From contig NW_002060943.1 in assembly GCF_000150275.1 (NCBI RefSeq), positions 7,510,066-7,574,065 of the forward strand: DNA of 64,000 bases, given 5' to 3'. Below are positions 25,451 to 39,984 of this stretch, in pieces (within the stretch, counting starts at the first letter, position 1; the number at the start of each line of letters is the position of its first letter). A model generated the notes under the pieces. That model did no database searches. It was not told the origin of the DNA and saw only the letters and a program-made list of their open reading frames with translations. This DNA comes from Trichoplax adhaerens (Eukaryota > Animalia > Placozoa). The position numbers were made by a program, and so were the translations under genes.

Positions 25451-27613
25451 ATGGCGTCGGACCAAGCCAATTTTCACAATCTATTAGACAGTGCCAAAGA
25501 CCTGGTTGAAAACTTAAAAGATCAAGATGAAACGATAACAACGATATCCAAGGAAGTTACTCTACTGGATGCCAACTTACAGTCTTATAATAAGGTAGAG
25601 TATACAAACATGCATCCATTGTCCATTGATGATGGAAAAAAAAACAATTCCTCCTTCATCAGTCATGCTCCATCATCGAACGTGCTCCATTAATCTTCAT
25701 CATGAGACATCCATTCCAACCAAAATCTTTCATTCTTGCCAATCATACAATCCATCATAGCTTATTTACCTCATACAAGACATCCTAGAACTTCATTCAT
25801 CTAGTGATTGTCAGTCAATACTGTAGTCCAATGGCTTATGGCCTTCAATACACCTTGATGGGACCGGAAATTGCATTCATTGCCATGCCTTTGACCACGG
25901 TCCACTTGTATCGCTAGGCTGATTATATCATTGAAAAAATAGTTCCAATAGACAGAATTGCAGGTAAAAATGCATCTGTTTGCACGTCTTTTCAAATCAG
26001 TAATCATACATGATCGTACGCCATAATTTCGATCTATTTTTGGGTAGGGGGGAAGAATTACAAATCAGCATCATCATACTGTACAGTACTGTACGCTTAT
26101 ACCAGTATAGTATTACTTGAAATTCAATAAATGACATCAATGATGAAATATCCAATGTCAAAAGAATGGAATGCTAAAGTTGAATGATATCATTATATAT
26201 ACAATAACATCCAGAGAAGGTAGAAGTAATTCAATGCTAAACTTCACTTTTATCACTATGTATTAGCATCGAGAGAATATCCAAGTAATTAATGAAATTG
26301 CTAAACGAAGACCACGAGATACAACCATACTGAATAGTCTAAAGGATAGCGAACGATTGAAGGCGTTAGAGCGCGAAAATGCTGAACTTCACGAAGCGTT
26401 AATCGATCATCAATTAGCCTTGGAATTAATCATGAGCAAATATCGACAACAGGTAATATCGACATGCCCAATAATGGATATAGTCTTCAATTGAAATTAT
26501 TGGTAATATTGACAACATTGATACTTTGCTGATTGTACAGTACAACAGATTGATAATACAATCCATCAAGTATGGAAGCGTAGCCATCATAATAAGATAG
26601 AATGACATCTTCAATTAATCAATCCATCATTCTTATCGTGTAGATGATGAAATTTGCTGAATTGAAAAATAATTCTGATGTATTGAAACTATTCAACAAT
26701 GATGAGGTTTGTAATTAAAGTAACGTAAATAATCATCATAATGGAACTCCTAGAACATCATCTTTTACCGAATTGCTGTATTCTTCTACATCGTACTGAA
26801 CATGCTTTTTAACTACATTAATTGTATATGATTAATAGTGCCACTTGCAATACCAAAATCAGGCGATATATACAGTATGCACATATAGCATTATCCGTAC
26901 TTTAAAAAATGGACCATTTCACAAAATGCCAGCACTGTAGTTAGCCAAAATAGTTTCTTAACGACATTCGTTGTAATCAATAGTAGCACTTGCAATGCTA
27001 AAATCAGAAGATATATACAGTATATGGCATTTATTAGTACTATAAAAATAGAGCTTTTCACATAATGCCAGTACTGTAGTTAACCAAAATAAGTTTTCTC
27101 CAGGAGATATATACAGTATATGGCATTTATTAGTACTATAAAAATAGAGCTTTTCACAAAATGCCAGTACTGTAATTAACTAAAATAAGTTCTCTTAACA
27201 ACATTCATTGTAATCAATAGTAGCACTTGCAATACGAAAATCAGGAGACATGAGTACATACAGTATGTAGCATTTATCACTACTTTACAAATTAAGCTTT
27301 TCACAAAATGCCAGTGCTATAATTAACGAAAATAATTATCAATCAAAGATCGCAATGATAAAAATATTAGCCATTGCACAGCATCTATCCAAAGCTAATG
27401 GACTGTAATTTTCGCTCTATTATGCATATGTAGGAGATTAAAAGAAAGAGTGAAAAGATTCACGAAATGGCAACTGTGATACAAAAGGCTGCTGCCGTCG
27501 ATGATGAAGCTGCAAATAGAGAATACGAAACTATTGCTAGATTACGTTATGAGAATGCAAATTTGAAAGAACTATTGAAAATTGCAAACAATTCTTGCTT
27601 GAGTACACAGTAA
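25451..27613 (+). CDS. FGFR1OP2: FGFR1 oncogene partner 2 / SIKE family coiled-coil protein (STRIPAK subunit); exons 25451-25594, 26267-26452, 26644-26706, 27434-27613 (possible extra terminal exon 27701-27722)
   Basis: LLDSAKDLVENLKDQD..LERENAELHEALIDHQLALELIMSKYRQQ..KIHEMATVIQKAAAVDD..RLRYENANLKELLKI are SIKE-family signatures. Confidence 0.88.
26835..27335. repeat. Intronic tandem repeat in FGFR1OP2 intron 3, ~140-bp unit, ~4 copies (one truncated)
   Basis: cacttgcaat..aaaatcag..gatatatacagtat...ttcacaaaatgccag recurs. Confidence 0.85.
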
Positions 27614-29674
27614 GTTTGAATTCTATAGGCCCTACTACTATACTGTAAAAATTAATCGAATTTATATTAACTGCCATGGCGGTGGAGCTATCTTGAATAG
27701 GATACATCTGATATACCAGTAGCTGCGTAAAGTCTCTGATGTACGCATAGGTATACGGTACAGATCCGCACTGTGATTAGCTCAACTTCTTTCTCTTCCA
27801 ATTTTTTTGAAAAAACCTTCAATCTACGTAATAGTACCCTTTAAAAATAATCTATTCTCAATCGTTCACTAATTAGTACATATATTATCATTTTCCCATA
27901 AGTTAATGGATTAATGTAAGCATTGAAATCTTGCTACATGATGTAATCAAATTCACTTTTAATGAGGTTCTAAACCATTTGTTGTATTATAGTCTCATTG
28001 ATGGCCACTATTAATAGTAAATTCTCTTTCTATCTAAAAAATTGTTCGGTAAAATGATATATAGATCCGCCCATGTTTAATCAAACCACGCTATTTAGAA
28101 TCTTTATATAATGCCAATGGACTATTAGTTCTTCTCTATCATTTGAAATAATTTCGATTTGGTTAACTTTTGAGTACATTACTCCATTCGGCTTCACCAG
28201 ACAAAGTCGTAAAAATGGATTGAATGAGCGCCTATTGAATGATTTAATAATATATTGTCGATATTAACAAGTGTGATTAAAGTGTTTTAATATGTATATA
28301 AAAGTATCTATAATTATGTACATAAACATACATAGCTATATATATGTATCACTTAGATTCCAATATTATTGAAATTATACATCATGTGCATACAATATAT
28401 GTACATTGTATGCACATACGAGTTTATATACAGTATATATATATGAATATCTCATTTGAAGTGGATAAAATATCTTTTCCAGCTTTCAATTAATTATCTA
28501 TCATTGTTTTCAAAATTTCTCTGAAAGAAGCGGACGTCAACCTGAATTTAAACTCATCATAAAGTGTTCTTCAATCTATGATCATTAATATTCTATCCGA
28601 TTTTTGAATTTAATTTTATAAATCTTCTCTTAACTGTAATTACGTAAAGTATCATATGATTGTAAACATAATTCGAGACACGTTCGATGAAAAGATAAAA
28701 AAAATTGACTACAAGATCAATCACGTTAATAAATATCCAATATTGAGATTTTTCGCTGTTTTTTGCCGTTTGGATTACTTTGAATTACATCTAACTAATA
28801 ATACCCAATTGAGCTAACACGACTGTAAGAAAATTACAGTAGCCCAACTGTGTAAGTAGGGTAATAAATTCTTCTTCTTAAGATTGTCTAAATTTATATG
28901 AAAACGAAAGATAGCCTCTCTTCACTATTCGTTTACAATGTATATTTGGGCTATTATTCAAGCTATAAGATGTTGTAGTTGCAAGAGATTAAATACGCTG
29001 ACCTTATAAATTGGCTCTGCATAATCAACTATTTTTTATTTAGTTATTGTACTCACTCAAATAGTATGCGAGGTAATGCTTAAAATTTATTTCTTCAATA
29101 ATGCTAGTAATTGTTTCAACAGATAATAAATATATGGACTTGCAAAATATTTCACAAATTTTAAATGGTTAGGTATTCATAAGCCTATATACATCTTATA
29201 ATGATGAATTTGACGTACATAATTCCATATATTATACATGAATGCGAACGAACCCATGTATTGTATGTATACTGTATACAGTAATCAAAGTCGAAAGGAT
29301 TCTTTGATAATTGTATGACATTTTATATTTACAGTCTCCTCATGATATGATTAACAATGTTACCGCTGCTATCATTAGCTCCATTAAATAAAGAGCCCTA
29401 AAGTAACCATTAAAAAATACTACAAATTTCTCTACGAATCTTTTGGATTTTATAATATGCTAAGCTTGGTAGCTGATAATATCAAATTACAAAATAAAAG
29501 TATTTGGGAATCTCTTTTCAGAATAGTTTTATTAATACGCGTATTGACCATACTCAAGGTTTATAGATATCTAATTCTATTTCATCGTAACATAATCCTA
29601 TACATAGCGTCTAAAACATAATTTCCCCTTCCGCATGGACGCAAATCCGACACTACCATAATAATTTGACAATT

Positions 29675-32600
29675 TCATCTGCCGGAATTATGTATCGATA
29701 ACGATTCTGTTCTGGCAATAACGTCGTTGGAAAAAGATCTGCCAATAGAATTTCATTTAATGAATATAATGTTAGTTTGTGACAAATTCTATCTTACTCT
29801 AATAGAAGGTTAAATAGCTCTATTACCGGTCTCGAAGAGTGCGATTGTTGGAGAGAAATACTCGCGGTGGTTTGCGAGGTGGCATAGGATCGTCATTTTC
29901 ACCAATTGGACACAAAATATCGCCGTGAACTAATTTACCATTCTTAAATGAAACAACACTTGAAGGCATTTTAAGAGCCTAGATAAGTAGAAATAGGATC
30001 AGATGATTAATAAATAACCAATTTTACTTGATATAGTAGAATTTTACATGCACTATTTTTATTTATTTATAATTTCCATGGTGAGACCTTCTGTTGTCGA
30101 GCTAACGATAGCAATAATTCAGTTCCTGTTTCAGCTTCTGCCTGTTTCTTAGTTAGTTGACATTCTGGTCCAATCAGTGCGTTAAATAGAGTTGCAGTTT
30201 GTCTATGAAGACGAACTTCTCCAATAGGGATATTTAGCAGCTCGATCAGGGTATCACTATTGAAAAGCGGCTCTAAACTCTTTATTTAACAATAAAATAA
30301 AAAATTTCTTTACTATTTCTTTGAAAAGATATCTTATGTTTTGCCAGCGTTAAAGCACTTTTATGCTGTATATGTATACTGTTAGATTGTTGTATATAAT
30401 TTGATATATCTACATATAGTATTTATATACTGTATAGTATGCATATATTTGCTATACTTTTCGCTTATGCAAAAATAAGTTAATAAACTCTACTAATATA
30501 TACAAAGGCTAATTTCATTTTTCTTGAAGAGCTTACAAAAAGTGCTCCATGAACGCCAGAGCTGCGAAGGTTGCTTGCGTATTCAGCAATATCATTGGAG
30601 CGAAGCCATTCAATGATATGACCATTCGTCCAAACCATGACATCTTCATCTTCTTTCCGGTCCTTTTAATCGAAATTAAATGATAATCGAAAACAAATTG
30701 TTACAACCCCTTTTGCTATTTTTGTAAGAAGAATGGGTCAATTTCATAATTTAATAGAATGATAAAATATATCATTGCTACCGTTTTAAGTGGTCTTCGT
30801 TTCATATAATTAGGATGGAAGTTGCACTTTCTATAATGTTCGTATTTGAAATTCAATATCTTTTACTCTGATTTTATATTTACATATACCCGTATTCTAA
30901 GTACTACGGTACTAACCGTAAACATTGAATACTTCGTTTTATACTAATCTGATGGAATTGGTCGGTAATTTTCATAGCGGATAGATCATCCTAATTATCG
31001 ATACGAATAGTGATATGCACATCATGCTTAATCGTATATACCACAGTTATATAATATGTAATGATGAAAGATATTAAATATGAGTTACTACCAGAGTTAA
31101 ATAATTTAAAATTCTTCCGTCCACTTTAGCAGTATTCATAACTTCTTTATACTGTGGTAATCCAATATCATCTAGCCAACCTAATGATATTAAAGCCAAT
31201 TTTTGCACCATTTTATTTTACTTAGGTAGTAATTATACACTTTAAATGTTAAATACTTACGCATAACCCAGTTATTGTCTAGACGACCAGCAAGATCCGA
31301 GGCATCGCTCATTTCGGCCTTGATCAATTCAAGAGGAATTAATCCCATCATTTAAAAAAAATTTTCAAAATACGAGTACAACAGAATGCATATAAATTAT
31401 ATCGCAAGTGAAAAGAGATACCTGGATTGCAAGTTGAAGTTTTCGTTGATGTATTGGATGTTTTATTCCCAATTCCTGGACAGAAGTAATAGCAAAAATA
31501 AGCATCTGCAAACTACTTCATTAACTTGTAGAAATCTCAGTCTATTATTTCCATATTACATTTTCCAACTCCATAATTGAGCATTTTAGAAGAACAGATC
31601 CTTTTGTAAGATAGCGCTTGCAGTTACGAACATATTTACCAAGACTCTGTTCACAAATCCACGCTACCATTGTATCGTTATCCCAATATGAAAAAGGTTT
31701 CTTGTTAACTTTGCTAATGAAAGACAAAAATTAATCGAGTTAGAAATACTAATGACCTTCTTTGCTTTCAAACGACGATGCAATTGTATCATCATTTCAA
31801 TATGGAAATAATGTCTTAAATTATTTATTAATTGCAAATACGGTATAAGATTAATATAACATCATGATAATTTTAGAGTACTAAGGTAATACACACATGA
31901 CAGTTAAAAAATTATATATTTTCATGTTGATTATCGTTAGCAGTTAAAGTAATATTAATATTGAATGACTTTCAATTTACCGACACTGCTGCCTCTGATG
32001 CCAGGACATACTACGGGGGATAGGATAGTCTGCTTTATTTATAACACTGATTTTCTTATTACCAGGATGAGCAAATGGTAACTGGAGTAAGATATCGTCA
32101 GTTACAAGCGAACTACCAGCGCGCACTCTGACAACATGGAGAAATAAATTACATTATGTTTGAATTTAATCTTTATTTACAATTTTGAGAAAATTGTACG
32201 ATAAAGAAAGATTGCCATACTTTTCAAAGGCTTTTTCCCATAACCTTTTTTTTCTTAAAGTTTGCCCGTTAAAGCGTAAATATAATCGGCTAGGAGTAAC
32301 AGGAATACCATCTTCAGTAGTGCCAAGTGTGACCTAATTGCATATAAAATCCTTTCTTAATATTCTATGGGTTTGCATTGACGCTATAATTTGATTGATA
32401 TCAAATTAACTTCAACTTTGAATCATATTTACTTCTGCAAGGTAGCCAGGTATCTGAATCTCTTTTAAGTTAGCACTATCGCTGCTACTTCTGTCATCTT
32501 CACGCGAAATATCTAGCAAATGCGGATTAATTTGAAAATATGAGTTTGTCGGATGAGCCTTAATATCCGGATAGAGCTTTGGCATTAATATGCATAGCCT

Positions 32601-35600
32601 ATCCGTTTCACGTTAATATCATTGAGAATTCAATTTTTAGCCTTAACAGATAGAGCTTTATATTAACATGTATAGTGTATAGCTTATCTGTTTCGCGTTA
32701 ATGTTAAGAATTTAATTTTTTACCTTAACGGATAGAGCTTTTGCATCAGCATGCATAGCCTATCCGTTTCGCGTTACAAAGAATTAAATCTATTATTCTC
32801 AAGCGATAGAAGTCGTACATTAACTTGAGTACTAATTATCTGATTGATCTACGTGTTACAGTAGGCTTAAATTTAATTAATTTTTGAGTTATAATGGATA
32901 GACCTTGTACGTTAACATGAATACTGACTATGTGATTATTTTTAGTATTATAGTAGATTTAATGTCTGAGCCATAACAGATAGAACTTGTACACTAATAT
33001 GCATGCAGACTGCCTAGTCATCTAATATTTCAATGCTACAATGAGTTTGATTTTTTAGCCATAGCAAGTAGGGTTTAAGTACTGTACATTACAGTAAGTT
33101 AGCATAAATGCTAGTTGGCTAACGAGTTTTAACGTTACCATCTTCAGAGAAGAACTTGGCAGAATTCGTCGAAGCTGGAGAAGGTGATGTTTTCCGAGGA
33201 GATCCAGATGTTGGACCTGCAATATAGCGGATATAACTTAATTTTGCCCGTGTTTGAATTATAACTATTTTAAGATCTATAATACAAAAAAGTCATCCTC
33301 ATAAATGAAAGCCAAAGCACTTACTTTTCACTTCGTCACTATTAACATCTGGCTGAGACCCAGATAGTGTTAATGTAGGTAGTTGAGGTGTTTGTGTGCG
33401 GTTTAATGTTGACTCTTTAACCTATAAAAATTCATTTTAAAATATACCAATAGAATTTTATAAGTCTAACATCCAAATTTATTAAATAATCTTATGACTA
33501 GCAATCTAAACTTATTGAACCGAGGAGATGAATTTAAGTTAGATAATTTCATATTGTAACTTAATCTACTAGTAGAATAAAGTTGTAAATGTAAATTTAT
33601 TTCTGAAATAATGCTGATAATTTAAATCATGCTTGAACAGAAAAGATTAACCTGATTTGCATTTGTTAAATTTTCAAGATTTTGTTGTAATCGTTTAATT
33701 TTGTTGTCCTTTAATGAAATTAGCATTAAGCAAAATTGGTGTTTGCTCGTCCGGTAAGTGTAAGATTGGGTTAAAGATTTATACTACAATATTTAAATGT
33801 TTAACGTATGCTAATTTTAAACCTTTTTAATTGATTCTACTTTTAAGATCAATATTTTTCTTGTAAGCTCCAAAAGATCATGACGAATATCTGTTGATAT
33901 AGGTAATACTATTTAATAATGATACAACTTGAGTTCTTCAAGAAAAATAACTCTTACCTTGAGCATTCCTACTAGGTTTAAAATCTAAATCAAGTTGATT
34001 AATCACATGTGAGATATGTTCTTGTATAAGTTCCGTTAGACTTTTAGTTTGCTTATCATAATCTTCACATAATTTATGACACGACGCAATTTCTTGCATT
34101 TTTCTATCTAAGTCGATTTTCAATATCATGATATTTTCCTGTAAGATGAAGGTAGTATTATAGCAAAGTGATATATAAGTATGTATAACCAATGGAATTT
34201 ATTGCAGTGAGAAAGATGAAATTGATTTAAATACATCGATTTAAGGGTATAACAAGAATAACACAGTAATCTCATAATATATAATTTAAAGTCATCGAAT
34301 AGTAATATAAAGGATTAATAGGTAGGAATAGAGAGGGTGAGAGCTACCGAAGGCACAAATATTAAAAGTCCTTATGTAATACCCGTATTCAATACCGTTA
34401 GTTAAATTTATGATAATAGCACATGAGAGTTTGATTAATTTATACCCAATAATGTTAATAAACAAATCAATAATTTTTTTACCTTTAATTCAACGATTTG
34501 ATTAGATAACAGTTGATTATTCAAGTTGGTTTCACTATTTGATGGAGGATTTCGAATTTCAAGGTTTTTACCTATCTTATCCTTAGGACTTTTATTTTTC
34601 TCGCCTACTTTATTTACCTAAAATTAGCAGTTTGGAATTAATTAATTGTCTTATATTAATAGACTTTTTTTAAATGATTCTAATATTACTCATTACTAAA
34701 TATTAGCGGTAAATTTATTTCTACATATGGATAACAGAAATATTTTCATGCTGTAGGGTGAAATAACTTTGTGTATATATACATATATACATATTATACA
34801 TATGGTAAGCAGCTCTATGATGAATATTGTGTATGATTGTATGCATTTGTTGTGCAGAATAGTGAATCAATTTTCATTTAGGGATTTATCTTGGACTCGA
34901 CGTTTAACCTAGTATATACATATAGACTAGCCTTTAAAAATGCATATTTCATGTCTTAGAGTGAGCTATGTAAATGAAACACATTTGCCATAATAAATAG
35001 TTCTTAGTATCTAAGATAGCCTACCATATGCATTCATACTTTATTCTGTGTCTTTATGCTTGCTCGCTTTTAATACATGCACTTGTAGTCTGTGCTTAAG
35101 AATAAACTATTTAAGTAAAATGCGCTTGTAATTATAATTACCGTAATGATTCTTAATAAACGTACAAGTATTCATTGCCATACGTTGATACTATTAAATT
35201 GGTACATGTAAGTTAGTCTGGTATTAAAATTTGTATCTTTTCTAGTATTTTAGAATGTGTTATTAATTCAAATAGTATTTATGGTTGTTTCTTGGTACTA
35301 AAATATTTAGTAATATTCCAAAGCTACTACTTCATAGCACATGTTAGCTAGGCTATTGTATATCCAGACTATGCATGTCCAGACGTATAATATCACTACT
35401 AGTCAGTCAGAATAATTAACCTACTGATTAAGATAGTCCTATAGCTGTTTGTATGCTAGGCAGCCTTTATATATTAAGACTAAATATACACATGTACGTT
35501 ACTTCTATTAATTTATAAATAAATGGACGTCGCCTACTATGGCCCCAACAGAAATTATAAATTCAAAAATTTAACTGTTATAAAGAATTGTTGGTTTATC

Positions 35601-37465
35601 TTGTTATGACTCTCATTCTTAAAATATTAAAAATTAGTACAACTGTATCGTTGTCTGCATTTTTACTGGTCGGCGTTTAAATAGACAGAGTATGCTTTAC
35701 CGCCGTTGATCTATCAAAATATGGATATACGAATGTTGACTATCGTAGTTATAGCAGAAACTGTAAACTTTAAATATCAATCGTTCTAAATTTCACTGCT
35801 CGTAAATTAATTATTGCTACAGGCATGTAAAAATAGTTCATTCTTATAAAATTCTATTTGGCCTACTTCGTGATGTACAGTATATAAATATCAAGAAACT
35901 TATTAACAATGAGACATGCACATAAATATATAGGATAAAAATAGTTATAAAATAATCAATATGCTGGCTAGCATAACTGTATACTGTAGGTAGCATTTAA
36001 ACATGCCGGCTAATATATGCACATCTACATTACTACTGTTAATCTGCGGAAATATCGATGTACTGAGCACTATACCTGCGATGAAACTTATAAACTAAAA
36101 TTTCATCGAATAGAAATTACACTAAGCTATGATCAGATATTTGCTTATGTCTTTCATTCTTATCAGGCTGTTTGATATCTTTGTTGTACCTTGCTAATAT
36201 CTATGATTGGATGCACATTATAGAACTACATTGACATGAAGGATAGGGATAGTTATCATCGGCTTTGCTTTACATTAAAGCTACTTTATATTATGATTTT
36301 TGGATCTTTTAACGACATAATTACTGACAAGCAAGCATAAACGACGAAGGCTTACCGTTGTATAAAAGAATAGAATGAATTACAAGGATAAAATAAATTG
36401 CCAACTAGTCGTAAGAGTACTCCATCTTTTAAGTTACTTTATATCATAATTTCGTTATTGAACATAAAATAAAATAATGATAAATAGACAAGAATCAGTG
36501 GTAGGACTGTCAGGATTGACTAAAAGCTATTCCTCTAACAAGAACCATGACTATTAGTATTATGTAAAGAATGGATATGAATTACCAGGACAACGGAAAT
36601 TATCAACTGATTATAAAATTAATCCATCTGTCATCGTAGGCTAACGTGAAAGAGTAAACTGCTATTGATTATGGTATTGTAGAAAGCTAGCATTAAATGC
36701 AATTTATTGTTGTTATTATTATGGCTAGACGACGTTCTATTTTAACGTCGATGGCAAAAGAAGAAAATAAACAAACTAGACTACTAATTAATATACGTGT
36801 TAGCAGGCTTTGTCAAGTTAATCGTATTATAGATTCAAGTATGCTATAATTAAACGTGTTTCTAAATCGCTTTAATTCTATTTCCCGATCTTAGAGGATA
36901 ATATTGTCAATTTACGCTCTGTTTGAGTAATTTTTTTAGCACATCAAAGATTTCTATTTTCCTCCCTACATAACGGGGGAAGATTTATGAAGCAATATGA
37001 ATTATCGTTTTTGAATCATTTGCGATCCTATGTATGTCTGTCGTATTTTCAACAACTTACCGTTTTGTGAGTATCTAATCTTAGCCATTCTTTGATAGGT
37101 TGAAGTATATCATCCGTTATTTTGGATCGTTGTTTTTGTCTACTATAGACATCAGTTTGTTTAATAACTTGGGATAACGTCGATATTAATGTAGATATCA
37201 AGTGTGAATTGGTGTTGTCGGCCAATTGATGAAAGTGATTACTATTATTGTTGAATAGAAGAAACATCCATTTCATTATAAATTGACGATCAATATCGGG
37301 AGCGATGAAAAATTCTTGATGTCGTTGTTTTATGGCAGTTTACCGATACTATACAGTGAACCAAACAATCACTTACCTATCAAAATCATCATCATTTTTG
37401 GATGCTATTAAGGTAGTATTATCTTCCGGGGTTTGCATGGCACCTGTAGCTTGATTTTCCATCAT
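29675..37465 (-). CDS. PPFIBP: Liprin-beta (PPFIBP-like): N-terminal coiled coil plus three C-terminal SAM domains, multi-exon; start codon uncertain (frame open upstream to ~37560)
   Basis: Spliced SAM region: PFSYWDNDTMVAWI..ELGIKHPIHQRKLQLAIQ..LDNNWVMRWLDDIGLPQYK..VDGRILNYLT..WTNGHIIEWLRSNDIAEYASNLRSSGVHGA..LEPLFN..LLNIP. This is typical of liprin-beta. Confidence 0.88.
32555..33070. repeat. Intronic tandem repeat in liprin-beta, ~85-bp unit, ~6 degenerate copies
   Basis: gccttaac(g/a)gatagagcttt...atgcatagcctatccgtttc.cgtta recurs. Confidence 0.8.
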
Positions 37466-39984
37466 GACATCGATGTCATAAGGCTTGGTTGTTGATATAG
37501 TCGTTGTCGTGCGATGAATTGAATTTCTGATCGAGTCTTTCTATATTTTAATTAATAATCCTTAATAGGTAATGTACAGTAGTGCAATGCCTGTTTGATG
37601 TACCGATATCCAAGGATGTTTTCTATCCCACTAATCCGTCATGATAAAAGCTTTGAATCGGTCAAGGAGAAAGTAACTCTGATTACCATGGATAAAGAAT
37701 GTATTCAAGTTGGTAATTTTGGCGCTATCCACGACTGGAATGATTTGCCAGTCGATTCTTCCCTATAATAAGTGATGCAATCTTGGCAGTAAAATAGTGT
37801 TGAAGAAGAAAGAGTAGTAATCAATACTGAGTGGACTATGAAGAAGAATACTGTCGATCAAGGGCACTTTAATAATTTTAATCTATGACAGTGTAGACAT
37901 GATGATATTGATGTGTTAGACAGGCTTAGAAAGAGGGAGAATGAACGATAATACTGTCTTTAAAGTGCATTGACTATAGGCTTCTTTTACAGATGTTCTA
38001 TTAATTAATTATTTCAAGTAAGATTGGTGAACAAATAATTAATAGCTATTGTATGGATGTCGTGTACATACAAAACAATAGTAATGTTAAGAGGCAACGT
38101 TCTGATTGATATCGACTTGGAGAGGTAAATTTAAGATATTAAAGTAGGATAAACTTTATTGTCATGTAGAATAAAAACAATATAATTAGACGCAGTAATA
38201 AATTAATGCTGCTGCATACATTCTATATAAATAACTTGGTATAATAGAGTTGTGTACATAGTGATATTCATCATCATATTCAAGCTTGGTTATAACAGCT
38301 TGGTTATAATACAGCTTGGTTATAGCACAGCTTGCTCTAAAAAAGATGATTATTGCCCTTATTATTGTAGTGGATAACCTACAGCCCAGTATGGCAGCAT
38401 ATTGTACGATCATGAGTGGGTTAGTTTGTTCATTGATTACTGTCGACATTGTGTCATCATCCAGCTGGAGGGATGAGTAATGCGAGAACATGCTTCATCT
38501 TGATTGAATTAATGAATCATCGATGATGTATTTTGATTTTTATGGGTAGAGGTTTTATCGGTAAGATGGAATCAATCTAAGCAGGGTTGTTTTATAGCAT
38601 GGAGAGGATTGAAAATGAGTGATATGGATTACGATTGAGTAGTCCATGCTTGATTAAAAGTTTACTCATGGATGATGGCTGGCTTAGCTAGATTGCAAAG
38701 TAATCGTTGCATAACCATTACTACAGATGAGATCATCATCATCAACTTTCAGATTGAGAATAATCATTGTTAGCGTAGCAATATTACTTGATGATGATTA
38801 GGGTAAGCATAGGCTTCATGGGGTGTAGGCCATTGCCTCACAAGCTTATATGTTTAAGCAGGTTTTCACCATGAAATTGGTGATTTCATTCAGGTCTTTG
38901 TAGCGTTATATCGCGTCTCATTCCCTGCCTAAGATTGTAGAGTACACTCATGCTCATGACAAAGATCCACAATGAATTTATGAATGAATTTAGATACTAC
39001 TATAGCAGTGTCTATACAAGCAAAGAGCATTTCAATTAATGGATATCTTATGTTTGCTTAATTAAAAGAGAGAGGGGAGGAGTTGGCAAAGAAAGAAGCT
39101 CGAGTAGACAGAGATACGCTGTCGAGACTCTCTTTGCAATTAGGGTTGCTCTTAAGATCCGCAATGAATTCATGCATGGATTTGGATAATAGCTATAGCA
39201 GCAAGTGAAGAACGTCATGTGTAATCTAATGTGTGCTTAAAAGAGAGAGAAGGAAGAAACTTGGGTAGAGAGAGCAGGGGGGGGGGGGGGCACCATATTG
39301 GATTTCTTGTTGATCTTGCTTTTTAGGCATTACTCTATACTGTTTAATACCATCGTTTGTAATAGTGTAGTTATTATGAGGTTGATCGCTCACGATTGAA
39401 TTGACACCCAGGTTTAGTCTATTCTATCCGAAGGAAATGATGACAGTATTAATCCTAGGCGATGTTTGGGTGATTATACTAGCTATACTATGAAACTCAT
39501 CATTGAGCATGCTCGAGTCTGCTCAATAAGCAGACTGGAATATAATCGATATTATCGGTACCTGAACAAGACTGGAGGAAAACAGCTTTACTATAGCGTA
39601 ATGCGTGGTGATTTTAGTCGTTAATGAGGTGTTTCAAAAGAGTGTAAGAAGACTGCCAGGGTTGTATAGAAACTCTTTTCATTGATGTGCTACCTACTGT
39701 ACTTGCCATAGACTCGTCCAAAAATCAACTATTATTTTTAGTAGTCCATGATCCAGGCATGCAAGTGGAAAGACGCAGCAGGAGTGAGGAAAGTGATTGA
39801 AAAAGTTGGTCCACTTACTAGTTTACTGTTGAGTTGAATTAGCTGAGTCTATTCCTATGATCGCTTTGGTGTGACTGAAACACTATAGTACGATCGTCAT
39901 AACGTGACCGAGGATCACGTTCTAGGCTCAGGGGCGTAACCACGTGACCAACGAGGTGGCTGCACCAGAATAATATCGATGCTG

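Noticed and set aside
28440-28800. Possible alternative terminal exons of liprin-beta (e.g. acceptor near 28541)
   Set aside because: Only short open frames with plausible AG sites. There is no homology or other support from sequence alone.
39277-39290. G14 homopolymer
   Set aside because: An isolated mononucleotide run with no supporting context; its length is error-prone.
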